The notes beneath the pieces were generated by a model. That model worked only from the letters and a program-made list of their open reading frames with translations, ran no database searches and was not told the DNA's origin. The position numbers and the translations under genes are program-made. From an uncultured bacterium (GTDB taxonomy: Bacteria; Patescibacteriota; Microgenomatia; UBA1400; PJMF01), in the NCBI GenBank assembly GCA_903842795.1, contig CAIMNJ010000012.1:14180-78179 (forward strand): DNA of 64,000 bases. The letters run 5' to 3'. Below, piece after piece: positions 46,001 to 55,523 of the stretch (its first letter is position 1; each line of letters opens with the position of its first letter).

Positions 46001-46921
46001 CTATAGAGCTAAGGCTCTCAATTTAGCGCTTCTGCTGCGAGGATTTATTTTTAGTTCTTCCTCGCTGGCTTGAAGAGCCTTTTTGTTAATAAGCTTGCCG
46101 ATATTTTCGGCTTCAATTTTTTTAAAAAAAGTTTTAACCAAGCGATCCTCACCTTCATGAAAAGCGATGCAAACTAGTCTCTTATCAATTGCTTTGCTTT
46201 CTTGCAAAATCTTGAGAGCTTTGGGCAGGACTTCTTCAATATTGCTTAATTCATCGTTCACAATAATTCTCAAAGCCTGAAAGGTTTTGGTGGCGACATT
46301 GATTTTGCCTTTGGCGCGAAAGCCTTTAACGCTGTCAATGATGTCGACCAAAGTGCCGACTTTATCAAGACTATTGGGGTCTCTTCTGCGTACAGCTACG
46401 ATTTTTTTAGCAATGGCACGAGCATCAGTTTCTCCGCCGTACTCAAAAATCATATTGGCGAGTTGCTTTTCATCAATGAGCTTGAGTAAATCGCAAGCCT
46501 TTACTCCAAGGCGATCGTCCATGCGCATATCCAGGATTTCTTCTCTAGCTTCAAAGCTGAAGCCTCTATCTTTGGACATGAGTTGATCGGTTGAAGTGCC
46601 GAAGTCAAATAAAATTCCGCTTATTTCTAGGTTTAAACTTTTTTTAAGGTTCGATATGCTGGCATCCATTTTGCTAAAGTTCTCTCTAATCAAAATGAGT
46701 TGCTTGCTATCAATTTCTTTGCTAAAAAGCTTTTTCGCGTTTTCAATACTTTGTTGATCAAAATCAAAAGCAATTACTTTGGCGCCTTTTTTTAAGATTT
46801 CTCTACTGTGACCACCTCGACCAAAAGTAGCATCAATGTAATAGGCGTCTTTTTGAGGGTTAAGAGTTTCCAGAACTTCTTTGATTAAAATAGCTTGATG
46901 TTCTTGATTGTTTTTATTCAT
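46001..46921 (-). CDS. rsmH: 16S rRNA (cytosine1402-N4)-methyltransferase RsmH (MraW)
   Basis: 306 aa, …HQAILIKEVLETLNPQKDAYYIDATFGRGGHSREIL…. Confidence 0.9.
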   Translation of the reverse strand: MNKNNQEHQAILIKEVLETLNPQKDAYYIDATFGRGGHSREILKKGAKVIAFDFDQQSIENAKKLFSKEIDSKQLILIRENFSKMDASISNLKKSLNLEISGILFDFGTSTDQLMSKDRGFSFEAREEILDMRMDDRLGVKACDLLKLIDEKQLANMIFEYGGETDARAIAKKIVAVRRRDPNSLDKVGTLVDIIDSVKGFRAKGKINVATKTFQALRIIVNDELSNIEEVLPKALKILQESKAIDKRLVCIAFHEGEDRLVKTFFKKIEAENIGKLINKKALQASEEELKINPRSRSAKLRALAL

Positions 46922-46926
46922 ATTTT

Positions 46927-47346
46927 TTATAAAACAATACTTTCGGCCAGGCTTTCAGCTTGGCCTTCGATCTGATCGATGTAATTGTGGTATTTGTCTT
47001 GATCCCAAATTTCTAAGTGATCTAAACTACCAACAATCACTACATTTTTTTGCAATTTTGCAAACTTGATCAAGTAATCGGGCAGATTTACTCGACCGTT
47101 CTCATCAGCAGATAATTCTTGTGCCTCGTTGGTCATCAATCTGACCAAATCGCGATTGGCTTTTTTTGTAAAAGAGCTTTGAGCAATTTTTTCTAATTCT
47201 TTTTTAAAGTTGCTCTCTTGTAATAAAAATAAGCAGCCATCTAAACCTCTAGTAATTATCCAATTCTTATTCACCTCACGGAATTTGGCTGGTAAGGAGA
47301 GCCTGCCTTTTTCCTCTAAGTGGTGATAATATTTTCCAATTAGCAT
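46927..47346 (-). CDS. mraZ: Transcriptional regulator MraZ
   Basis: 139 aa, MLIGKYYHHLEEKGRLSLPAKFRE…ITRGLDGCLFLL…, with duplicated DUF-MraZ halves. Confidence 0.85.
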   Translation of the reverse strand: MLIGKYYHHLEEKGRLSLPAKFREVNKNWIITRGLDGCLFLLQESNFKKELEKIAQSSFTKKANRDLVRLMTNEAQELSADENGRVNLPDYLIKFAKLQKNVVIVGSLDHLEIWDQDKYHNYIDQIEGQAESLAESIVL

Positions 47347-47675
47347 TTTGTTAAGTTTATAAGCCTATTTACCATTTATTACCATAGTCAAGTTTATAGA
47401 AGAAAAAAAGTCTTGTAAATACGAAGTTTGCTTCGGGTTTTCAATTCACTTTTTTTAAGTCCTCTTTCCATAAACTATTTGGACTAAAAATGTCACAAAA
47501 AAGATACAAGAAAACAAAATAAATTTATCTTGAAAGATTAAAATTTTACTTGATATATAAAACAATATCAAAATATATCAAAAAACATCTTGATACATCA
47601 ATTAAAAAAAATTAATCTTGAAATTAGCAGAATATCTATTCGACTGCTAAATGATGATTGAGGAGATCTCCTAAT

Positions 47676-48476
47676 TTATTTAGTGATGAGTAAATAGGTA
47701 TCCATTAGAGGTCCGGAAGCCTTCACAACTCCATCACTGTATTTGCTGTCCATTTTCTGCCATTTGGAGCCGTCATAGCCCATGATTGTAGCTTCAGCGC
47801 TGGATCGAATTTGCACATCGAAATTGCTGCTGATGGTTTTTAATGATTTTTCAGCAGTCAAAACGTAGGGGTCAGAAATAGGAGTGTCTTTTAGGGTACC
47901 TGGATATCCTGGAGAATTATAAATAATCAAATAAGCATATTTGCTTAAATCTTTATTGCTGATGGTAAATTTGGTATCTTGAGAACTAAATTCGCTTGCT
48001 TTGTCTTTGTTGGCAAAATAGCGCCAAGATGATTTAACGGCATAATTTTCTGTGCCAGTAAATTGAGCTAAAAGATTGCCACCCTTAATATCTTCGTGGT
48101 AAGTAATAGCACCGCCGGCAGATTGAGAGCCAAAGAGTTTCTTTTCAGAAATTGGCAATTTACTTACTTCAATTAGGCCACCAAAGCCCTGCAGCATTGA
48201 GCCTGTTTGGTATTCCATGGTGTAATCTAACTGACTGGCAGGCTTTTTGACTTCTTTGACCAAAATGGTAATGTAGTGGCCATCAGCACTGGGTTCTAAT
48301 TCAAGATAGGGTCTTTCGGCTACAGCAATAACATTAACAGGACTTTGCACTTTCTTTTTGGTTGGTGTGGCAACTGGGGCAACTTTTTTGTTTTTATTGA
48401 CCAAAAAAACTGTGCCAACAATAAGAAGCACGACAATAGGTAAAATTATTAATAATTTCTTTTTCATATTTTGCAT
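47676..48476 (-). CDS. Hypothetical secreted/membrane-anchored protein
   Basis: 266 aa with an N-terminal signal/TM segment (KKKLLIILPIVVLLIVGTVFLV) and a beta-rich hydrophilic body. No motif recognised. Confidence 0.45.
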   Translation of the reverse strand: MQNMKKKLLIILPIVVLLIVGTVFLVNKNKKVAPVATPTKKKVQSPVNVIAVAERPYLELEPSADGHYITILVKEVKKPASQLDYTMEYQTGSMLQGFGGLIEVSKLPISEKKLFGSQSAGGAITYHEDIKGGNLLAQFTGTENYAVKSSWRYFANKDKASEFSSQDTKFTISNKDLSKYAYLIIYNSPGYPGTLKDTPISDPYVLTAEKSLKTISSNFDVQIRSSAEATIMGYDGSKWQKMDSKYSDGVVKASGPLMDTYLLITK

Positions 48477-48481
48477 ACTCT

Positions 48482-49885
48482 TTAGGCTAACATAAGAGCG
48501 AGCTTTTGTTCAAGCTCCGCTAACTCGACTATCTCTTGAGAAGCGTCATCGCGACGACGAATAGTGACGGTTCCTTTTTCTAAAGTATCAAAGTCGATAG
48601 TCACGCAATAAGGGGTGCCAAGCTCGTCTTGTGAAAGATAGCGTTTACCAATATTACCGCGTTCATCCCAGGCAACACGATATTTTTTGCTTAGATTAAC
48701 AAAAACTTCTCTTGCTTTGGCAACTAGTTCTTCTTTGTTTTTGAGCAAAGGAAAAACTGCCAGTTGGTAGGGAGCCAATCTTTGATCTAGTTTAAGAACT
48801 AAACGGTTTTTGCTTTCGTCTTGATGGAAAGCATCACATAAAACCATTAAGAATAAACGATTGATACCAACTGCTGGTTCAATGACATGGGGCACAAATT
48901 TTTTCATGGTGAAAGGATCTGTGTACTCCAGGTTTTTGCCAGAAAATTGCATGTGTTGTTTGAGATCATAGTCAGTGCGATAAGCAATGCCCCAAAGTTC
49001 TTTCCAACCAAATGGATAAAGATATTCTAAATCGTAAGTATCTTTGCTATAAAAACTGCGCTCACTATCTTCATGGCGACGCCAACGCAAGCGGCTAGCG
49101 TCAATGCCGAGAATTTCTGTGACAAAGTACCACATTTTTTCTTGCCAGTCATTAAAAAGAGCTTGCCAATCACTGGTTTCTGGATCAAAGAAATATTCAA
49201 TTTCTGCTTGTTCAAATTCCAAAGTGCGAAAAACAAATTGACCAGTGGTAATTTCGTTACGAAAACTCTTGCCTACTTGTCCGACACCAAAAGGCAATTT
49301 AACGCGATTGCTGTCCAAAATTTGTTTAAAGTTGGAAAAAATACCTTGAGCAGTTTCACCACGTAGGTAAACTTTGCTACTTTCGTCAGCCACTACGCCA
49401 ATTGAGCTTTCAAATAAGAGATTAAAATTTTTGACCTCACTAATTTCGTTGCCATCTGGAGATTTGACTTTGTTTTCTTGAAGAAAACGATTCATTTCCT
49501 CGCTTTTCATGGATTCAACGCTGGGAGGATTATTGATTGGGTTTTTTGCCAACCAAGCTTCGATTAAGTGGTCAGCGCGATAACGCTTATGACTAACTTT
49601 ATCTTCCACCATTGGGTCGGTAAAAGAACCAACATGGCCAGAAGCTTCCCAAGTTTTGGGGTGTAAAATTATCTGACTGTCCAAACCAAGCATGTCTTCT
49701 CTTTTGCTAATAAAAAAGTCCCACCATAAATTTTTTATTTTGCGCAAAATTTCTACGCCAGCAGGACCATACTCATAGGCATTGGCCAAACCACCATAAA
49801 TTTCTGAAGTTTGATAAACAAAACCTCTACGTTTGGCGAGGGAAACGATTTCTTCAAGACTAGTGGTGGGTTTAATATCTGGCAT
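48482..49885 (-). CDS. glyQS: Glycine--tRNA ligase (dimeric alpha2 type)
   Basis: 467 aa, MPDIKPTTSLEEIVSLAKRRGFVYQTSEIYGGLANAYEYGPAGVEILRKIKNLWW… with class II motifs. Confidence 0.9.
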   Translation of the reverse strand: MPDIKPTTSLEEIVSLAKRRGFVYQTSEIYGGLANAYEYGPAGVEILRKIKNLWWDFFISKREDMLGLDSQIILHPKTWEASGHVGSFTDPMVEDKVSHKRYRADHLIEAWLAKNPINNPPSVESMKSEEMNRFLQENKVKSPDGNEISEVKNFNLLFESSIGVVADESSKVYLRGETAQGIFSNFKQILDSNRVKLPFGVGQVGKSFRNEITTGQFVFRTLEFEQAEIEYFFDPETSDWQALFNDWQEKMWYFVTEILGIDASRLRWRRHEDSERSFYSKDTYDLEYLYPFGWKELWGIAYRTDYDLKQHMQFSGKNLEYTDPFTMKKFVPHVIEPAVGINRLFLMVLCDAFHQDESKNRLVLKLDQRLAPYQLAVFPLLKNKEELVAKAREVFVNLSKKYRVAWDERGNIGKRYLSQDELGTPYCVTIDFDTLEKGTVTIRRRDDASQEIVELAELEQKLALMLA

Positions 49886-49902
49886 ATGATGTATTTGATT
49901 AT

Positions 49903-50023
49903 ATTTCGGACCCTGTCTTTTTGCAATTTATTGCAAAAAGCAGCTGGTACGAAAGATACCTTGTGTGAATTTCGGACCCTGTCTTTTTGCAATTTATTGC
50001 AAAAAGCAGCTGGTACTAAAGAT
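49903..50023. repeat. Two tandem copies of a 66-bp unit (55-bp cores, one mismatch). Each contains a perfect 24-nt palindrome CTTTTTGCAAT-tt-ATTGCAAAAAG
   Basis: The cores lie at 49903-49957 and 49969-50023, with palindromes at 49917-49940 and 49983-50006. The element sits in the 141-bp recO-glyQS intergenic region. Confidence 0.85.
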
Positions 50024-50026
50024 GCT

Positions 50027-50566
50027 TTAGACAACTTTCAAAAAATCAAAACTCTTCATTTTCTTTTCTGTGATTTCTGCCACATAGTCCAAAATATTTT
50101 GGTGAGCAGTATTTTTGAGATCTTGATAGCCAAGCTTGGTAATTAATTCTTGAAGTAAGGCTTTAATTGTATTGTTTCTTTTTGTCTCACTTAGTAATTC
50201 TGCATGAATGGCAAAAGCTAATTCACTGGTTTCTTCATCAATAAAATCCTCTACAAACAGGCGATCAAAAATTTCCAAGATTTGTGAGAGCTGTGAAATG
50301 CCGCTCAGTGATTGGCGAATATGACTAGCTTCTTTAATTAGCTTGCTTTGAGTAAGAATTGGCAATGATTTAGTTTCGATTAGAAAAACAGTGGCGGAAT
50401 TACCTGGTTCGAGTACTGCACGGTTGCTAGACTTGAGTTTACGTACTCCCTTAGCAACACAAACAATCTTGCCTCGATCCTTTGACAAAAGTGTGACAAT
50501 ACGATCTGTTTCACCAGTATTAACTCTTTTGAGGATAAGAGCCTCAGTTTTGAAAGAATGATTCAT
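50027..50566 (-). CDS. recO: DNA repair protein RecO (short form lacking the C-terminal zinc-finger region)
   Basis: N-terminal OB fold ALILKRVNTGETDRIVTLLSKDRGKIVCVAKGVRK (compare E. coli [35 protein letters not shown]). Only 179 aa. Confidence 0.7.
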   Translation of the reverse strand: MNHSFKTEALILKRVNTGETDRIVTLLSKDRGKIVCVAKGVRKLKSSNRAVLEPGNSATVFLIETKSLPILTQSKLIKEASHIRQSLSGISQLSQILEIFDRLFVEDFIDEETSELAFAIHAELLSETKRNNTIKALLQELITKLGYQDLKNTAHQNILDYVAEITEKKMKSFDFLKVV

Positions 50567-50574
50567 ACTTCTTT

Positions 50575-52590
50575 TTAGAAGGCAGTGCTATATTCCAAGT
50601 CTTTGGTTACATTGAGTTGTTCTTCTCCGCCGGTTACATCAATTAGCATAGGGATGAGATCAATTCCACCTTGTTTCCACATCTTAAGATTGTAATTAAT
50701 TTTATCGGTGTAAGGAATAGTGTAAGTTAATTTAATTTTGGCTAAACCCATTGGTTCTAAACTGAAGTAGCCATCAATAACGGTTAGGCCACCTTCTTCA
50801 TAGGTGCTAGCTTCATTGCTAATACCTTGAATTTCTACCAATTTGGAATCTTTTGGTAGATAAATTCTTAGCCAGTCATTAAGGGTGGAATTCAAGCAAA
50901 GTTGACCAGCTTCAAGATTACAGTTGTCAGCTTTACGGGTGTTTTTGTAGGTGATTTCTACTGTTTTCTCTAGGCGGCCATCGACTGGAGCTTGGATAGT
51001 TTGCTTAACTTCATAGTTGGTGAAAAGGTTAGATTTGGCACCGCCAAGATTGGCATCTACAATGGCTAGGAAGTCCATGTTTTGACCCATTTGCCAATCT
51101 TTAAGGTTGCCTTTAAGCTCATAGAGGCGACCAGCAGCATTTATTTGCTCGGCGGCTTTTTGGGTGGCTTCATCCATGAAATACATCTGAACGTGACGAC
51201 CTTCCATACTTGACATGGCGACCTGGAATAACTCACCAAAGCGGGCTTTATCTAAGTCATAGGTTTTGGCAAGAATGGATTTCATCAATGGGCCAAGAAC
51301 ACCTTTGCGATCTTCTCGCAAATATGGAGTTGGTTTGGTAATAATTTCTGACAAAGCATAAACCACTTGAGGACAGTCGCACTTAATATTGTTTTCAGCT
51401 GAAAATACGCCGTATCCTGGAGCCTCAACTGGGCCAATTACTCTCAAGAGTTCACTAAGAACATAGGTGTCTACGGCAATAATGCCGTCAATATCTTTGC
51501 TTTCACCCTTGATGGTTGAGTAATTTTTATAAAACTCTTCCATGGAAGTTTTAAAGTCTGGAGAAATATTCATGTCACGCAAATGATAATATTTTTCTGT
51601 GATCAAATATTTACCTAAAACAGGAGGAATGGCAATTTTTTGTTTGAATTTTTGATCTAATTCATAAATGTCATCAGATTTTTCTGAGGTAACGACGCCT
51701 TTTTCAATATTAATAATGGCATAAGCAGTTAAGAAGCCTCCGGTTGGACGGAGTTCGTTGTCATTTTGGAAAAGTACTAAGTATTTTTGTTTTTTTTCTG
51801 CTCCAGCCATTTTACCTAAAGAAGCGATGACTGGCTTGTAGTCTGAGAAGGTTTGGCTAAAAAGTTTTGCTTGCTTTTGAACATCCACGACTTTTGCGCG
51901 AATCTCTTGACCAGCTACTTTTTTTGGGTAGTGATTTGCATCGATTTCATTTAATGTAGATGCGATTATTTTGGTTTCGTTGTCAATTTCATCAATGGTT
52001 GGTTGAATTTGCTTAAGTGTTTCAAGGATCAAAACGATGCGATCCTGAGTAGTGCCGCCAGTGAAAGAGCCTTCACCGCTAAATCCAAGTAAATCTAAGT
52101 AAGGAATTAAAGCATCGGTGCCTTTAGTGGCAATAATGAAACCATGATCAGCTACTTCAAGGAGTTTTTGTCCATCTTGATAGTAATTTTTTAAAACTGG
52201 CAAATAATTGTAAAAAGACAGTTTTTGGTATTGAGCTAAAATTTTATTTTTGCTTGTCTGTAATAGACCTATTTTTTCTGGTAAAGCCTTGAGGTTTTGA
52301 GCAGCAATTAAATTTTTAGCTTCAAAAGCAATTGGTTTGGCTTGGTCAATTTCTTTTTTGATGGAGATGACCATAATTAGGGTATAGGTGATTAGGCTGG
52401 CTGTAATAATGATTGCAATCAGGGCAAAGGCAAACAGTACTTTTTGCCATGGTTTATTTAAAAAATTTGGCATTTTCATTTTATTCTTTGGAAGGCTTTC
52501 TTTGTTTGGAATTGTTTCAACTTGAGTTTGATCTTTTTGTAGATCAACTGCAGCAAATTGACTAAGAATTTTCTCTTGTTCCATGTCCAT
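50575..52590 (-). CDS. DUF4012-like membrane-anchored extracytoplasmic protein
   Basis: 671 aa, one TM helix near residue 50, and an …NDNELRPTGGFLTAYAI… motif that I recall as characteristic of DUF4012 proteins found beside polysaccharide loci. Confidence 0.5.
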   Translation of the reverse strand: MDMEQEKILSQFAAVDLQKDQTQVETIPNKESLPKNKMKMPNFLNKPWQKVLFAFALIAIIITASLITYTLIMVISIKKEIDQAKPIAFEAKNLIAAQNLKALPEKIGLLQTSKNKILAQYQKLSFYNYLPVLKNYYQDGQKLLEVADHGFIIATKGTDALIPYLDLLGFSGEGSFTGGTTQDRIVLILETLKQIQPTIDEIDNETKIIASTLNEIDANHYPKKVAGQEIRAKVVDVQKQAKLFSQTFSDYKPVIASLGKMAGAEKKQKYLVLFQNDNELRPTGGFLTAYAIINIEKGVVTSEKSDDIYELDQKFKQKIAIPPVLGKYLITEKYYHLRDMNISPDFKTSMEEFYKNYSTIKGESKDIDGIIAVDTYVLSELLRVIGPVEAPGYGVFSAENNIKCDCPQVVYALSEIITKPTPYLREDRKGVLGPLMKSILAKTYDLDKARFGELFQVAMSSMEGRHVQMYFMDEATQKAAEQINAAGRLYELKGNLKDWQMGQNMDFLAIVDANLGGAKSNLFTNYEVKQTIQAPVDGRLEKTVEITYKNTRKADNCNLEAGQLCLNSTLNDWLRIYLPKDSKLVEIQGISNEASTYEEGGLTVIDGYFSLEPMGLAKIKLTYTIPYTDKINYNLKMWKQGGIDLIPMLIDVTGGEEQLNVTKDLEYSTAF

Positions 52591-52613
52591 AGAACTTCAG
52601 TATAGCAGATTGA

Positions 52614-53240
52614 CTACCATTTGGAGAGCATTGCTTTAGGAGTACGAAGAAGGATTAAGATATCATTTTTGATATTTTTATTTTTAGCGTAGGCAGCATC
52701 CATTTCTGCTCTTTTATCGAATGGAATTTCATTACGACCACTAGTCTGCCATGGGCCAGTTATTCCTGGTTTAACAGAAAGAATGTAAGGAATATGTTTC
52801 TTGGTGCTTGGGTATTTCTTACTTTGTTCTTCCAATTCTTTACGTACATAAGCCCTTGGACCAACCATACTCATTTGACCTTTAAGGACATTGAACAATT
52901 GTGGAAATTCATCAATGGTGAAAGAACGTAAAAATCTACCAAGCGGAGTAATGCGAGGATCTTCTTTGGCTTCAATTTTCCAATCACCACTTTTGAATTT
53001 TTTGAGCAACTTGTGGTTTTTTTGGTGCAGAATTTCATCAGCATTTAAGACCATAGAGCGGAATTTAAAAAGTTCAAAGTCAGCGCCGCCCTTACCCACT
53101 CTTTTGTGAGTAAAAATTACCGGCCAACCAGAATCAATTAGAATTAAAATGGGAATAAGAATCCAAAACGGGGCAAAAACAAGGATGAGGGTTGTGGCCA
53201 CAATTAAATCTATAATTCTTTTCTTTTGATCGTAGGACAT
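52614..53240 (-). CDS. Initiating phosphoglycosyl transferase (bacterial sugar transferase family, WbaP/PglC-like)
   Basis: …RIIDLIVATTLILVFAPFWILIPILILIDSGWPVIFTHKRVGKGGADFELFKFRSM…DEFPQLFNVLKGQMSMVGPR…. Start at 53240 chosen; the track start 53285 would overlap the upstream gene. Confidence 0.75.
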   Translation of the reverse strand: MSYDQKKRIIDLIVATTLILVFAPFWILIPILILIDSGWPVIFTHKRVGKGGADFELFKFRSMVLNADEILHQKNHKLLKKFKSGDWKIEAKEDPRITPLGRFLRSFTIDEFPQLFNVLKGQMSMVGPRAYVRKELEEQSKKYPSTKKHIPYILSVKPGITGPWQTSGRNEIPFDKRAEMDAAYAKNKNIKNDILILLRTPKAMLSKW

Positions 53241-53244
53241 AAGT

Positions 53245-54348
53245 TTATAAATATTCTTTTTTATTTTCTTCTTTAAGACGTTCAACTAATTTTTTGACAT
53301 CCTGACTTTTGTCTTTTGGACAGATCATTAGTATCTCACTGGTGTCAATAACAATTAGATCGTCAATACCACAAATGGCCACCAAGCGACCATCAGTGTG
53401 AATTAAATTCTTATGGGCGTTGACTGCTAAAGTGCGAGTTTCTTTTTCGTCACCAATGGTAACATTGCCAGAAAGATCTTTTTTGCCCAAGTCATAGACT
53501 ACTTTCCAGTCACCGACGTCATTCCAACCAAAGTCACCAGGTATCAAGACAAGATTATCAGCCTTTTCACTAATAGCATAATCTATAGAGATGCTTTCAA
53601 TTTCTTTGTAAACTTTTGGTAAAGCTTTATGAAAATCCTCGCTATTTAATTTGTCCAGATCACCACAAGTTTTTAGCATATCTGGCATAAATTTTGCAAA
53701 AGCAGCCTTAAGCTCTTTCGCTGACCAAACATACATGTTGGCGTTCCAGAAATAGGCGCCAGTAGAAATAAATGCAATTGCAGTTGCTAAGTTTGGTTTT
53801 TCGGTAAAGCTATCAACTTTAAAAAGCATCAAGTCTCTTTTGATTTTTTTGATGTCTCTGCCAACTTTAATGTAACCGAATGCACTGGTTGGATAAGCTG
53901 GTGTGATGCCGACGGTAACCAAATAAGGGTTTTCTGTTACGGTTTCGATAGCAGCTCCCATTACTTTGATAAATTCTGGAATATTTTCCACCACGTGATC
54001 GCTAGCTGCATTTAAGACAACAGCGTCTTCATCTTTACTTTTGGCGTACAAAGCTCCGATTAGCATGGCAGCAGCAGTATCTTTTTTCTCTGGTTCAGCG
54101 ATGATATTTTCTACTTTAATTTCTGGAAGTTGTTTTTTAACTTCTTCCAAATAAATATGATTGGTCACAACAATAATGTTTTCCCAATCAACTAATTTAT
54201 TGATGCGTGAGGCTGCAACTTGCATCATAGTTTGATTGCCAGTTAATTTGAGGAATTGTTTGGGTGTTTGGGTTCTGGATTTTGGCCACAATCTGGTGCC
54301 ACCACCGCCAGCGAGTAGAACGGCATAAATGTGTTTTTTGTCGATCAT
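53245..54348 (-). CDS. manC: Mannose-1-phosphate guanylyltransferase (nucleotidyltransferase)
   Basis: 367 aa, MIDKKHIYAVLLAGGGGTRLWPKSRTQTPKQFLKL…. Confidence 0.75.
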   Translation of the reverse strand: MIDKKHIYAVLLAGGGGTRLWPKSRTQTPKQFLKLTGNQTMMQVAASRINKLVDWENIIVVTNHIYLEEVKKQLPEIKVENIIAEPEKKDTAAAMLIGALYAKSKDEDAVVLNAASDHVVENIPEFIKVMGAAIETVTENPYLVTVGITPAYPTSAFGYIKVGRDIKKIKRDLMLFKVDSFTEKPNLATAIAFISTGAYFWNANMYVWSAKELKAAFAKFMPDMLKTCGDLDKLNSEDFHKALPKVYKEIESISIDYAISEKADNLVLIPGDFGWNDVGDWKVVYDLGKKDLSGNVTIGDEKETRTLAVNAHKNLIHTDGRLVAICGIDDLIVIDTSEILMICPKDKSQDVKKLVERLKEENKKEYL

Positions 54349-55523
54349 AAAATTCCTTCTATTTTTGCTTGATAAGCTTTTTGCAAAGCATAATCAAAAT
54401 TTGACGCGAACTCATTTGTATCATATTTTAGCGTATTTTTGCTGATTTGTTTCGAATCAAACACAGTTTTTTGCATTTTTTGGATACTAGCAACCAAATT
54501 TTTGACGGTTTCTTTGACTTGGTCTCCTTCTTCATATTGCAAATGAATTCCTTGTTTACCATTTACAATTAGTTCAGTAGCACCAGCCAGTTTATTGATA
54601 ATAACAGGCTTGCCAAAAAGATTTGCCTCTAAAGCAACAATTCCAAAATCATCTAGTCCAGGGCTAAGTACTGCTTGGCAATGGCGATAAAGATTGGCTA
54701 ATGTTTTATTATTAACTTTATTTTTAAAAACAATTAAATCATCCGCTAAGTTTTTTAGATTTTCTAATTCTGGACCTCCGCCAACGATAATGAGTTTTAA
54801 TCCTAATTTTTGACAAGCCAAGATGGCTGGAGCAATATTTTTGTAAGGTACTAAACGGCTTACCAAAAGCAGGTAATCTCCGTATAAATTTGGTAATTTT
54901 TTTTCTTTTAAAAGTTCAGTATTAATTGGTGGATAGATTACTTTTTCTAATTTAAGATTGGAATAATATTTTTTGGCTCTTTTCTTTACGATTTCTGCAA
55001 TTGGGATAACAAGATCTGGTCTATATATCGCAATTTGATCCCACTTTTTTAAATAATTGAGAGCAGCTTTGGCCAAATCATTAATGATTGGCAAATTTAG
55101 TAATTTATTTTGTTTTAAATATTCTGCCTGATAATGATATAGGTAACGTGGAGGGCTAAGTAGATAACAAAGATGGAGTTGATCTCTTCTCGTCACTACT
55201 CCTTTGGCTTCAGCACTGGTAATAGAAATAACAATATCATATGCTGATAAATCTAGGCATTCGAAGGCTAGCGGCATTAAGGCTGCTAAATAACGATGCA
55301 AATTTTTGGTAAAAGGTATTTTTTGTAAGAAGGAGGTTTTGACTCTGAAATTTTTAGCCCATTTGGCTTTTTTTTGATCATAGACAGAAGTGAATAAAAC
55401 TGCATTTGGATATTTTTTTAATAAAGCCAATAAAACTTGCTCAGCTCCACCATAAGTGGTGTTTACCCGATCGTAAATCAAGGCTATTTTTGGGTTCATA
55501 ACTGTTTCAGAAGTTGTTGCCAA
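54345..55523 (-). CDS. Glycosyltransferase family 4 (GT-B, group 1)
   Basis: 392 aa with a C-terminal …GLDDFGIVALEANLFGKPVI… EX7E-like motif. Confidence 0.7.
   Translation of the reverse strand: MATTSETVMNPKIALIYDRVNTTYGGAEQVLLALLKKYPNAVLFTSVYDQKKAKWAKNFRVKTSFLQKIPFTKNLHRYLAALMPLAFECLDLSAYDIVISITSAEAKGVVTRRDQLHLCYLLSPPRYLYHYQAEYLKQNKLLNLPIINDLAKAALNYLKKWDQIAIYRPDLVIPIAEIVKKRAKKYYSNLKLEKVIYPPINTELLKEKKLPNLYGDYLLLVSRLVPYKNIAPAILACQKLGLKLIIVGGGPELENLKNLADDLIVFKNKVNNKTLANLYRHCQAVLSPGLDDFGIVALEANLFGKPVIINKLAGATELIVNGKQGIHLQYEEGDQVKETVKNLVASIQKMQKTVFDSKQISKNTLKYDTNEFASNFDYALQKAYQAKIEGIL

Noticed and set aside
22592-50023. CRISPR array
   Set aside because: The only tandem repeats (75-bp x2.3 and 66-bp x2) have too few copies and no unique spacers of CRISPR dimensions. 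There are no cas genes.
49886-50026. T-box leader for glyQS
   Set aside because: GGTAC occurs in the repeats, but the transcribed (minus) strand reads GUACCAGC with no UGGNACC. The 141-nt spacer is too short for a T-box.
49753-50146. ORFs 49753-50034 (minus) and 49811-50146 (plus)
   Set aside because: Both read through the tandem 66-bp repeats, which shows up as duplicated peptide strings, and overlap the glyQS start. They are not genes.
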